Shown piece after piece: positions 45,778 through 58,476 of a DNA stretch of 64,000 nt (positions within the stretch are counted from its first letter, which is position 1; each line of letters opens with the position of its first letter). A model generated the notes under the pieces. The model was not told the DNA's origin and searched no databases. It saw only the letters and a list, made by a program, of their open reading frames with translations. This DNA comes from Amphiscolops sp. MND2022. Its lineage: Eukaryota. The DNA is taken from the NCBI GenBank assembly GCA_964187785.1, contig OZ076409.1, positions 96,102,001 to 96,166,000 on the forward strand, given 5' to 3'. The translations under genes and the position numbers were made by a program.

Positions 45778-46886
45778 TGGTGACAGGACCTACCAAGAAC
45801 ATCCTGAGACAAAGTTCAACTAACTCCAACACCACAAATACACAAGAATCACACGCACAAACTCCCCTCGAGCATCCTGAACCAACAGATCCCGTCAGTC
45901 AAATTGCCACAGCAATCGAAAATCTCGCACGAAGAAATACCGAGCCATCCCTTTTTCACCCCAAGAACACACTTACTTTCAACGGGAAATTGGAGAAAAA
46001 TGAAAAATTCGAGTATTTTGAAGATCTTTTCCACACAACACTCAAAATGCAACCACACCTCACGGAAGACATGAAAATCAACCATTTTCATGCCCATCTA
46101 AGAGGACTAGCATTGAAAACTTTTAAAAACATCCAAAGAACTCCGACAACAACACTTGAAGATATACTAGTAGTCTTCAGAAGGAAATATGTTAAGCCTG
46201 AATCCAGCGCCTCCGCAAAACACAGATTTAATCGACTCATGTTCCAACCAGAAAATCAAAAACTACCCGACTTTCTTGAAGACCTCCAAGAAAGCGCTGA
46301 AAAAGCATTTGGCGAAGCAGCACCACAAATGATTGAGAGCCTGATATATGCAAAAATGCCCCCTCATCTCAAAAAATCAATCAACCAGGCTTACCTCGAA
46401 AACGGTACCTATGAACAAATAGTGAAACATCTAGAAAGAGAGATGGAGCTCAATGGACTCGAAGCAGATGAGCCCCTAGTGAAATTCCAAATGACTGCAG
46501 TCAAACAACAAACCAACACGCAAAACACTAAAACACCCCCACAAAACACAAAAACAAAGACAAAAACTCCAAACACAGTACCCAACAACACACTTCAAGA
46601 TAACCAATGCCGATATTGCAAGGATGAAGGCCACATAGCAAAAGAGTGCCCAAAACTTGCAAAACGACAGAAAATGGATCAAGACTCAGATGCACCAAGG
46701 TGTGCCCATTGTAACACCCCTGGTCATGAAGAACAAAACTGTTACTTCGGAGCAAACATGGAGAATCGTCCACCTAAAAGGACACTTACCGAAACTCAGA
46801 AAAAACTAATCGAAGAATATAAAAAATCAAATAAACCAATCAACCCTCGAAATCTCAAACCTTCAACATCGAAGAACTTAAACTAA
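45219..46886 (+). CDS. gag: Gag of element D (555 aa), initiating within the 5' LTR
   Basis: Capsid-like region and two CCHC knuckles (CRYCKDEGHIAKEC, CAHCNTPGHEEQNC). It ends AAC TTA AAC TAA, resembling a degenerate TTTAAAC -1 slippery site. Confidence 0.9.
   Translation: MGNKRSRRSRRVESQSSDRDENTSETSFTQVNATLVGVSEIVNNVLDRNLGSKLTEPSQISNEIEVISQRLTEQNNDKMSQIEEQLNNKFEEILKEIRTNKNHIAIIDEEDAENNQPGPSNYRNKGLRNKHASGTTTDKNKNQDDRFYPSEMCELRQPYTPLGIVEDTLDETIIINENRQEKADHHMVTGPTKNILRQSSTNSNTTNTQESHAQTPLEHPEPTDPVSQIATAIENLARRNTEPSLFHPKNTLTFNGKLEKNEKFEYFEDLFHTTLKMQPHLTEDMKINHFHAHLRGLALKTFKNIQRTPTTTLEDILVVFRRKYVKPESSASAKHRFNRLMFQPENQKLPDFLEDLQESAEKAFGEAAPQMIESLIYAKMPPHLKKSINQAYLENGTYEQIVKHLEREMELNGLEADEPLVKFQMTAVKQQTNTQNTKTPPQNTKTKTKTPNTVPNNTLQDNQCRYCKDEGHIAKECPKLAKRQKMDQDSDAPRCAHCNTPGHEEQNCYFGANMENRPPKRTLTETQKKLIEEYKKSNKPINPRNLKPSTSKNLN
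45778..45790 (+). promoter_or_regulatory. Primer-binding site of element D (TGGTGACAGGACC), lying inside the gag coding frame
   Basis: Immediately follows the LTR-terminal CA; cognate tRNA not identified. Confidence 0.7.
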
Positions 46887-49800
46887 TAAAGCCACGCCTT
46901 CAAACAACAATACCACAAAAACAATGCTCAGCTGATGACTGGCAGCATCCGCCGAGCCCCAAACCTATAAAAATCACAACCTACAATCACAACTTGACAA
47001 ATAAAAGTGACTCTCCGACTGTAAACACTCAAACTACACCACCCGACTACCTCCAAGAGGATCTTTATGATTTACTCAAAGATGCCCCAGATAATTATCT
47101 ACTACGATCCATGTTTGAACCTGAAACTGAAATTGAAACACAAAATCAGTGACAATATCGCGACCTCAAGAAACACAAACTGACCAATTAAAAGCACAAT
47201 CCACATCGACAACCCAAACTGACGATGACACTACATCGGAATTAACTAACACTCTCTTCAGCGCGCGCGTCTCCTGGAAAACAACTCCTCTTTGATGCCG
47301 ACGTTTTTAATCACCTCACAACAGGCGAAGGTAATAACGTAGCATATCTAAACCTTTCCACGAACCTTACCTCAAAAAGAAGCGTCATATGTACTATTTC
47401 CCAATGGATTTCGAGAAATTAACTCTGGATGGACTCATTGATACTGGCGCCCTTACAAGCGCCATTTCTGAAGAAGATCTCAACAAAATAAAACTCCTTT
47501 CAAACGAAGCCATAAAAGATACTGGTCCAGCACCCAATTTTCAAATCATGGTGGTAAATGGTCAACTTGAGCGACCCATCGGCACCGTCTTACTTCAATT
47601 CGAAGTAGCAGATTTCCAATTTCAAGAGAACTTCATTGTCATAAAGGTACTACCTAACCCATTAATCGGCCTGTGTTTTTAACAAAGACACAATGCCATG
47701 TTTGACATTCGTCAAGGGATTATTACTTTCCCTTACCTGTCGATGCAACTACGACCAGACCATACAACAAATACCCGAACAATAACACCCCTTCTAACAG
47801 AAACTTCATACACCCTACAACCTGGAGAAACCCTCGCAATCTCCAGCAAAATGCCACACCTGATAGATCACAATGCCACAGGTATTGTCACTCCATCGTC
47901 ACATATGGAAGATCACGAAAGTATTTTCATTACATCTTCCCTGTGTACGGTTGATAACAATGCAGTGGGCTACCAAGTGATCAATTTTTCGGATATGCCT
48001 TACACCCTTCCTATAGATACACACATGGCAGACTTCCAAGTTCTTACGCCCGAACAGATTAAACACATCAAACCTGTTGACCCATCAACCCTCACCTTCA
48101 CGATGCATCAACACATGGAAAACACGGATCTATACCTCAACCAATTGATGGAACCAAATCAATCATCGGACGAACAAGAAACTTACTGGTTCCCAACGCC
48201 TGAAGAACCTGGGGATCCAGATACATACACTCCAATACAACAACGCATATATGATGAACTACTTGAACTCAAACAACTAGAACAATTAAACCCAAACGAT
48301 AACGACGAGTCAAGAATGAAATTTCTCAGTCACTTTGACTGGACGGACACTACCCTAAGCCCGTTCGAAAAACAACACATAGAAGATATTCTGGTACAAT
48401 ATCACGACATCTTCGCAAGACATCGTTTCGATATAGGTACCAATAGAGAATTCAAGGTCAAACTGACGCCGAACGATGACAGACCAGCCTACAGTCAAAG
48501 TCTTCCTACACCCATCAACCGCAAGGACGACATAACCGTTGAACTGGCCCTTCTTCATCGTTATGGAATCATCACGACCCTGCCGTTCTCTAAATACGCA
48601 TGCCCTATTTTTGCCCAAAGGAAACCAAACGGACGCCTTCGACTTTTGGTGGATCTCCGCAAAATCAACAACCTCATCACTCAGGACTACGTGAACAACA
48701 ATCACCCAGTTAGCACTCTGTCAGATGCAGCACAGCATATGGCCGGCAAGAAACTTTTTTTGCAAACTTGATTGCTCTCAAGCATATCACTGCTTGCAAA
48801 TGGCAGACTATCAGTCCATACAGATGTTAGCCTTTAACTTCGCGAGTCGAACATTTGCATATCGCCGCCTTGCACAAGGACTCAGCCGATCACTGTCTGC
48901 TTTCTCATCGTTCATGAGAGAATATTTGGATAAGGCAATCAAAGCTGATCAGTGCGCTCAATATGTCGATGACATCAGCATCGCTGCGAATGATTCTACC
49001 CAGCTTTGCATCAATATCAAAACAGTCTTTGAATGCATACGCAAAGCAGGACTCAAACTTACGATAGCCAAATGCCATTTTGGAGTCAAACAAGTTGACT
49101 TCTTGGGTCGGACAATTCCCCCAGAAGGAGTCTCTCCACAAACTGAAAAAGTCAAACAATTCCTTCAAAAACTCAAATTTCCGAAATCCAAAAAAGCACT
49201 TCAGAGATATATTGGGTTTCTCAACTACTAAAGAAACTACATCCCTTGCTTATCAGAACAACTAACCCCTTTTTTCAAATTGCTCAAACAAACATCACAA
49301 TTCTCCATCCCGGATACAATTCTCGAAGCATTCAAAAGCCTCAACCAGCAACTGGAACAATAATGCAAACTTGCTCTTACACAACCAATTAAAAACAAAC
49401 AACTCATTTTAATGACCGACGCTAGCTTTACAGCGGCAGGATATGCCATCATGATTGAGGATGATCCTGACCAAAAGCTCCAATCCAGAAGGAAAACCTA
49501 TGCTCCAATAGCCTTTGGTTCAAAAACTTTTAATCCAACCCAATTGAAAATGTCCGTATACGCAAAAGAGTTCCTAGCAATCTACTTTGCGTTTTCCGAA
49601 TTTGGACATCTTGTGTGGGGTGGCGTTTTTCCTGTTATCGTCTTCACAGATAACAGATCTGTAACACGCTTTTTCCAAACCAAAATCATCCCTCCGGCTC
49701 TTTGGAATGCATGCGACTACGTCCTCCAATACAATTTTGTCATTGCACATGTTGCCGGAGCCATGAATACGGCTGCAGACTTCCTATCGCGAGCTGAATC

Positions 49801-51869
49801 GAACCCCACAGAAAAACTTGAAATGAACATCCGCAATGATGTCAATACAAAAGCAATTGAAGTTAACATACAGTCCACTGGGGTCGCCGAAGAGGAACTC
49901 CTATATATACTTCCCGGTGAATGCCCCACAGAACAACAATTGTGGGAGGAAAAAAAACAATTCGCCAATCAGCAAAAACTGAAACCCACAACGAACCGGA
50001 AAATGAAGTGTTCGAACTACAAACGTTCCACAAACCCACAGCGGGAACCATCAACTATAGGGAGGGTCACTTCAAAGACAATGCGAAAATCCGATTAGAA
50101 CAAAACAATGATGAAGTTCTACGTACTTTGAGAGCCAAAATTGAAGGCGAACCCTACGACGAAACACAATTTACACAAGACTACCGATACAAACATTACT
50201 TACAAAACATAATGAGGATTGAAATAAAACAAGATGTCATAACAAGAAGATACTACAACGACATTGGGATGATAACCCATTATCAAATTCTTTTACCCAA
50301 GCAACTCCTGGACGAATTCCTACATGCTCTTCATGGTCATAACGCAAACCACCCGGGAATAACCAAAATGATCCAAGAAGCACGACAAAAATACTACTAC
50401 CCGTGCATCGCCAAATATATACGGAATTGGGTAACAAAATGTCAAATGTGCATCCAAAACAAACGGATCAACAATGACTTACTTAAAACGGAACTACTAA
50501 ACTGCCCCGAATGGGTTTTGGGCCCAGAAGACATCCTACAAATGGACATCTTTCCCAATCTCCCACCAAGCGGAGGATATGACAACATCATCACTGCAAT
50601 AGACGTGTTCTCACGCTATTTGTTTGCCTATCCAGTCACGAGAATCACTGCTCCAGCAGTGGCAAAAATCATTATGGACATTTTGTGTAAACACACATAC
50701 CTACCCACAACAATCATTACCGACATGGGCACTCAATTTGATTCCCAGGTTACAAAAGAAATAGCCGCAGTCCTGAACATAGAATTGAAACCTGCAACGA
50801 CAAAACACGCCCAAACAATCGGACTGTTAGAACGTACTCATGCATCAGTCAAAGCACACCTTAAGGCAGCCATTGGAGAATTTAGAAACATATGGCACAA
50901 GTTTCTACCACTGGCAGTCTTAAACCATAATACAACCTACCATGCAACACTAGGATGTGAACCTACACGGGTCTTCCATGGACGGATTCCGCACAACATA
51001 CGGACTTCAAACTTGGATACAATCCAAATCCTCGCTTCCAACCCCAAACTGAGGTAGCAGAAGAAGTACAAAGAAGGATTGCGTTACTTCACGATCAGAC
51101 AAAGAAAAACATCATGCAATCCTACCTTAAATATATAGCATATTACGACAGGAAAGCAAAGGCATCACCTCTAACGACAGAGGATTATTGTTTTATCCTG
51201 AATCCAAAGGCCGACATACAAGCAACGAAGATACCTTTTCGTGATTTTCGTTGGGGTGGTCCCTATAAAGTTGAAAAGGTCCTACCGAACAATAATTATA
51301 TTGTTCGTAGATTGGGCACGAATAAAACCCAACTACTCCATCGCATTCGACTACGAAAATACACTCCACAAGCTCCTCTCGCCGATAATTTTGTCAGAAA
51401 CTGACTGGCAGAAAGAGGATACACTTGTCTCTCAAGATGACTTATATGCCCATGCTTGGGACAGTAATTTTGGCAGCAGTCCATTCGATCCTGACCACGA
51501 AGTCTGTGATCAACAGGAAGACACGGTGGAATATGAACCTACTCCTCAACCAAAAATATACCACCCTCCCGCCCTCGATAAATCAAAAATAGTGGGGGGA
51601 TCCCAGCAGGACAACCTGCTGCGAACGACAAAGAACCTCATATAACCGAAAAAACATCTTCAGAAAATTAAATTCATGAGCCCATTCCAGAAACTTCCAG
51701 AAATCCAGAAGATATTCAAGAAATCCCTACAGAAAATTCCCCAAAAACTCCCGAAATCAACCCAGAAAATGACGCACACGAAGCTGAAGAAACTGTTAAC
51801 ACAAGAGGCGAAAAATATAATCTACGCCCAAACCCTAACCCAAACTACTCAGACTCATACAGATATTAA
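46880..51869 (+). pseudogene. pol: Decayed pol of element D
   Basis: LIDTGA, YVDD, TDAS, HPGI...CQMC, TDMG and GPY motifs are spread over several frames with stops and frameshifts. Confidence 0.92.
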
Positions 51870-52394
51870 AAGACAAATCAAGAAGACTCAGAGACTTGAA
51901 TTATATACTACGGTCTCCTTCGTCAACCTTTCTCTCATGTTTTTCTTCATTCTTTATCTCACTTCCAATCAAAATTGGAAGCTATCATTTTTTTTCCTCT
52001 CCAAACTTGAGGCAGACATCAAATGAGGCGTAATCAGCCAAAAAAGAGAAAATAACTATACAAACAAAACAGACATCAAATCAGCAAAAATATAGAAACT
52101 TCAAGAGTCAAGATGAAACATCAATGATCAATTCCAGTCAATTCTTCATTTCTTATCTCCTTCTTTCTTTCGGACAACTAACTTCTTAACCCCAACGGGC
52201 TGGGACTCGGGCAAGATTGGCACGTCCACTCTATAACGTGGTCTTGGAAGGGTAGATGTTGCAAGCACAGGAGATTTTCGGGTGATTTTGCCTGTTGCCC
52301 CAGTTGACTCTGGCCCGCTCTGAATTGGAGTAGGAGCAACAAATTTGGAAGGCTTGGGGGGCTTAGGAGATTGAATGGGACTTGAACTAGCTGA

Positions 52395-55300
52395 TTATGG
52401 CTTATCATGAAGCGCAACCCAAGATTTCTCTTCATCAGAAATAGTATAAGTGTACCGAGAATCGAAATGGTTAGAAATACGTCGCCGGCGGGATGAACAT
52501 GACGAAGTAAGGTCCCAGACTGACAGATAAGTGTCCTCTAATAAAGCCCGCCCTTTCCCGAGCAAAGAGAAAACAGAAGAAACAGTTCTCGGGTTAGCAT
52601 ACAATTCAGACACATTGGGTACCCCAACTAAAGAAGACTGAATGCCCCTAACGCAGGACTGGAATTCACGGGAATCAGAGGCAAGTTCGGGTAGCTCAAT
52701 AGTAAAAACAGAAGGGATAACGTGGACCCCTGACAAACTCAGAGTACATAGCTTGAAGACTGTAAATAAATTCTCCCGACACTGAAGCTCATAATTATTT
52801 GACATAAAGCTGATCCATCCTCCCTCATAAGAAATGCTTTGAGATCTGAATTTCTCCACAAACGCTCCATACTCACTCAGGACCAATGGTTTAGTTGTGT
52901 GGGATATCCATTTTTGCTGCACCAAGTAGTCGCAAAGTAACTCGGACTCATGTGCATAATCCACCTCTTCCCCGTACCGGATAACGGCTTCATCGAACAC
53001 AGAGAATCCTCGGACAAGCTTAGACTTAGAGACTTTATGCTTCAGAAGAAGGATGCAGAGGTTTTTATAAAAACATATAGCTTGTTTGACAAATCGAGTG
53101 AGGGTGGGCAAATCACTTTCTGCAACGAGCTTGGCAAAGTCCTTGTTTTGCATGAAATCTGCAACAGATTTTATAGGAAGATCTGGAGAAGTGAGATCAA
53201 CGGACATAAAATGATCCCAATGGGAGATGTCGCCAAGAAAAGAGTCAGGTAATATAAACTGCAGCTGACTGTAAATAAATGTAGTAAAGGCGCTTTTTAC
53301 TCGGAAACCGTCAGGAGGGGAAACTCCATTCACCCCTTTGAAAGCAGAGTTGTCTAAACACAAGTAATGATTGAAAACAACCTGAGTAATACTACCGAAT
53401 ACCGACCAAAACAAGTGAAGGTAAAATGAGAACTAACAGTGTAGAAGCACATTTCGGATCAAGAACAGTTTGGCTGCGTATGACTTGTCCTTGAAGAAGG
53501 TTTCATCAAGACTCTTGGGCTGGAAAGGAAATAAAAATTGAAAACCAAATGGAAGAAAGAAAGCAAAATGGAAGAAATAAACTAATAATTACCTCTTTCA
53601 AGTGGTATTTAAATGCCTTCAATCGATCGACGAGTCGAAGATGGGAAATGACTTTGCTCCAATTTCGGCACAACTGATCAAGAACCACAACTGATTCAAC
53701 AAGGCTGTACTTGAGGCCGGAGATGGCCTAAAACAACAATGTCACAACGATATTATGATAACGCATTAGAATACGGAATAGAATCTGCAATTCCGACGCA
53801 TTATGCGGTTTTCCGAACTCCGCATAGGATGCCAACCAGTATACAGCATAGACAATGCTGCTTATGCGGTTTACAGAAACAAACAGCATAAGGAGAAATT
53901 GGCATGCGGTTTTCACGAGAAAACAGCATGAAAAAACAAATTATATCGTCTATACCGTTCTCAGGAGAAAACGGCATAGAAGGATGCATTATGCGGTTTT
54001 CAGAAGAAAACAGCATAAGAAGAAACCAGTTTAGGGTTTTCAGAAGAAAACAGCATAAGAAGAAACCAGTATGCGGTTTTCAGAAGAAAACAGCATAAGA
54101 AGAAATCAGCATGCGGTTTTCAGAAGAAAACAGCATAAGAAGAAACCAGTATGCGGTTTTCAGAAGAAAACAGCATAAGAAGAAACCAGTATGCGGTTTT
54201 CAGAAGAAAACAGCATAAGAAGAAACCAGTATGCGGTTTTCAGAAGAAAACAGCATAAGAAGAAACCAGTATGCGGTTTTCAGAAGAAAACAGCATAAGA
54301 AGAAACCAGTATGCGGCTTTCAGAAGAAAACAGCATAAGAAGAAACCAGTATGCGGTTTTCAGAAGAAAACAGCATAAGAAGAAACCAATATGCGGCTTT
54401 CAGGAGAAAACAGCATAAGAAGAAACCACTATGCGGTTTTGAAAGAAATCTGCATAAAAGAAATCATTATGCGGTTTTTGAAAGAAATCTGCATAGAAGA
54501 GATCATTATGCGGTTTTCAAAAAAAATCTGCATAAAAGAAATCACTATGCGGCATTTGGAAGAAATCAGCATAAATGAAACCAGTATGTCGCTTTTGCGA
54601 TAAATCAGCATAAAAGGTGGCTTACACTATGCAAAAGAAAATGATATGCGGCAAAGCATAAAAAAACATCATGAAGGAATACATTACAAGCAAACTAGCT
54701 GCAGGGCGAGAGCGCTTAAATCCTCATAAAATTTGTCTATTCGTTATGCTGCTTTATGCGGTTTTCAAAGTGCAGCATAGAAACAAAACATACTATATTA
54801 TATGGATCCCTCGACAGTGATAAAACGACTGAATTCGTATTATGAATAGCCTACAACGAGGAATTGTTGCAAAAATCCATGAAACAAAGTTCAAAGAGGT
54901 AATCGAGAAAATTACTTTACGGAGCTCAGGAAGGTCGTTCAACCAAGTAGACCCAGAACCTGTTTGCAACTTCATTAGAAGAAACTGTAGTACGATGTGA
55001 TAGTCGTAACGGTCCAGAATCTTGACAGTGGGTCCCGCTAACAATTTGTCCGAATCTTCATGTGAAAAGGTAGGCACCACACACACCGAAGGCACTTGAA
55101 CGGATTCAGTAATGATTGTTTTGGTGGTACGACCATCAAAGCCAAGGAGTGAATAAAGAGGAGGTACACTAGGGAATGCAGCAAGAAAAGAACTGACGAT
55201 CTGAAGAACTTCTTTCGCAATCATGAGACTGTTTGGGATTTCGGCTAGTAAAAGATTGTTGTATACATTTCCAGACCAGAATGTTAGGACCACTTGGATA

Positions 55301-57182
55301 TTATCCTGATTAGTGTGAAGTTGGAGTGAGAATTGACCCGACTGACCAATTGCAGTAACTGAGTATGACAGTAAAGTGCGGAACATGTGGACCAAGATTC
55401 TCTGTAAATGAAAACGTGGTTAACTAAAAGAATGGTGATTAGAAAGACAACCAAAATGATAGGAAAATACTTACAAAAACAAGGTCTTTATCCCAGCTGT
55501 ATTGAGGCACCTTAATTGGTCCCCTAACTTCGAGCCCGAGGTTGCCCCAGAGAGAAGTGAGAGTATCTAAGTCACCGCCATACTTCAACCCAGTCAACAG
55601 AATTCGTATTTGGCAGCAAATTGTGGTGCTTGGGTCTAATTCATCAGTCGGCACAGAAAGTTTGCGTTGCCCGGCGAGCAGGTAACATTCCCCGAGAATA
55701 GGTGCATTGGGTATTTCCAGTTCAGCTTTCTCTCGTGCTGCAGCTAAATCAGCCCCAGTGAGCTCCAACTCATTTTTTCCGTAAAGGGGCATCCCAGGAG
55801 TCTCCATCCCGATGCGGTGTTCACGGACTAAATGGGCGTCAGTTCTATAATGGGAGAGAAATTCAAGGGAACCTTTGGTCTTCAATGACAACTCAATGTG
55901 GCAAACTCTGCAACGCCACTTATGAGGGTTGTTGGCGGAATCGATTGGTGCAGTTACGAAGAACTTGAAGATGGGATGTTTCCTGTACATACTTCCGGTC
56001 AACTGCATTCTTGGTCGTGGTCGCTTGGAAGCTGAGTGTTGATCACCTGGATTGATGCGGGCTGTACTTTTTTCCCTTACCCTTGTCTGCCTTCTCCCTT
56101 TGCGAGAATGTCCTGCGGGGGGTGTGATTCGACCTCCTGTTGTACTAGCGGGCGACACCATCAAGGATAATTCCATATTAGTCACACTGGTTTCCGTCCC
56201 TGTCGAGGTCCCAGGAGCCTGCGACACGGGCATTGCAAATTGTTCTATCAACCTTGAACTGATAGAGGTGGTTAATTCAGAAACCATAGTTTGCATGCGT
56301 TGCTCTAACGCCAACAAATCCAGACTGGTGACAAAGTTACTTGAGGAAGTAAATTGCCCAGCTTCTGTTGCAGTGGATGTTTGTGCAATTGGAGATATAG
56401 CTCTTGGAGTAATTGCCTGTGGGGTCCGATTGAGAAAACTGGAAAATGGGGAAAGGCAAGTTTTACCCATTTGTGGAATCGACTCTGATGATCCACTTGG
56501 TCCGACGTCACGGTCGTTCTTCTCCGAATGACCAGTAGCATGTAAGAAAGACTGTTCAATATCATCTTCAGATTGGGGATTAGCGTCACCTCGTGAAGCA
56601 GATGCAAGAAAGCTAACTGTGGTTTCTTTACGGGGCCCATCGGAACTTGAAACAAGGATGCTATTGTCGAAGGAATGCCTTATGCCGTCTACATCGACAA
56701 AAGATTTTGAACCTTCATTGCACTCCATTTGATGATCCGGTGTTGAATGATGAGTTGGATTACCAAAGGGAAGTAAAGGGGTTAAATCGACAGTAGGAAG
56801 CGGATCCTGTGCCGAGGAAGCAGAAGTGAGTGTGGCTGAAACAAATACGAAATCAGCAAATATAGAAAATTGGAACAGCCAAAGAATTGACTGTTTAAGA
56901 TAGTGGGAGCCTGATCAACTCTCACTTTAAACAAACCGGACTAGCTAGTTCGAAAAAATTATTCACGACTTGAAACAGGAAATCCGCAATTCAACCTGCG
57001 AATAGTTGGTGAAAACTGAAATTGGTTCAACAATCGAAACGGGATGTTCTAAAGAACCTTCGATGATTGCTTGAAATCAAATCTTCGCTCCAATTTAATT
57101 AAATTGGACGAAAAGAAATTCAAAAATACAAACCTTGTGTTGTCTCTTCGCTTCTTTCTTGGCCAGCTTCTTTCCCTTCCAT
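52395..57182 (-). CDS. Antisense six-exon gene inside element D; ~1023-aa BED-finger, hAT-transposase-like protein
   Basis: Exons 57182-57134, 56835-55475, 55401-54916, 53727-53593, 53519-53438 and 53353-52395. All five introns are GT-AG and phase-compatible (1,0,0,0,1), totalling 3072 nt. Contains the finger WRCRVCHIELSLKTKGSLEFLSHYRTDAH. Confidence 0.78.
53991..54610. repeat. Minisatellite: ~11 near-perfect 40-bp units followed by degenerate units
   Basis: Unit ATGCGGTTTTCAGAAGAAAACAGCATAAGAAGAAACCAGT, lying in the third intron of the antisense gene. Confidence 0.95.
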
Positions 57183-58476
57183 TGTAAAGTAGATTCCCAC
57201 AGAATAGTAATTGAAATCCCTTTGTGGTAGATCCAAATTTCAAAAATGAGATGCAGCAAGACTAGAGAAATGACTGTAACTAGTAAATGAAGAAGAATGG
57301 AGATTTGGAAAAGATGAAACCGTAAATGAATCTGACAAACTATGGAAACTGAAAGAAATAAAGGAAGTAGAAGAAGATTGGTGTGAAAACTCTCGAGAGA
57401 CTGTTAAACGACGAAGAAAAGACTATGAAAACAAAGACTATGAAAAGACAAAGACTCGGAGACTTGAGACAGTATGTAAATGCAAAGAAGAAACAATCTT
57501 GAAAGGCGTGGCAAATAACATGAAGGCAATAAAGCAAATGAATGACGTCAATTTCACAATGCACACAATTCACATTAAATTTGATTGGTTGAGAGAGTGC
57601 ATGCAGCTTGGAAGTATCTGCCAGTATAACCAAGTTAATAAGCATGCGCTGTTAACACACAGGAGCCGAATTATGCGGAAAGTTTACAAAACAGCATAAT
57701 ATGATTAGGAGGTGATCACAGTTGAACAGTATATGCATTCAAGAGAATCTGGAACAACACTGCGAACAGGATGGCAACTTCACGCGGATATTGTAGTAAA
57801 TCAGCATAATGGTTCATCACATTATGCGGTGAACTGCAGAAAACAGCATAATTTGGTTATGCGGAAAAAAATGATGAACAGCATAGTGCAGTAATAGAGC
57901 TAATAGGTAGAATTATGATGCATTATGATGATTTCAGTGTGCGGCATATGATGCAAATAACTACTTGCTTTCATATCATCTGTCATATGCTGGAAATACG
58001 AATCAAGTTGTTACGTCAGAAGAAGTGAATAATGCTATGAAGGTGTGAAAACTTTCACTTTGATAAACCTGAATGAACCTATGATATAATTAATTATGAG
58101 CAATCAAAATTATTCAGACGGAATAAGAAGACGATAACCGAAACATGAAAGAAATTGAAAAGAAAATTTCAGGATCTGATGATTGTTTATATGGTATTAA
58201 CAATTTTACCGGTGCTATTTCCTCCATGTCTCACAATAAATTACCTGAAAACCCGGGAAATGGGTAATTCGAGATATGTTTTGATGCTATTTGTAAGAAA
58301 ACCCCCGTAACCCAATAAAAAACTATAAAATCTTATCATTCTGATCATAAATCTCCAAAAATTAGCCGCCTATTTTCCTCTTTCTCTCTTCGACAAATTC
58401 CATGAGAATTTAATAGTCATATTGTGTTAAATCTTCTTGAAACTTGACTGGAGTCAAATAAACCCATAGTCAGACA

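Noticed and set aside
53991..54430. 40-bp array with palindromic units resembling a CRISPR array
   Set aside because: There are no unique spacers and no cas genes, and the context is eukaryotic; it is a minisatellite.
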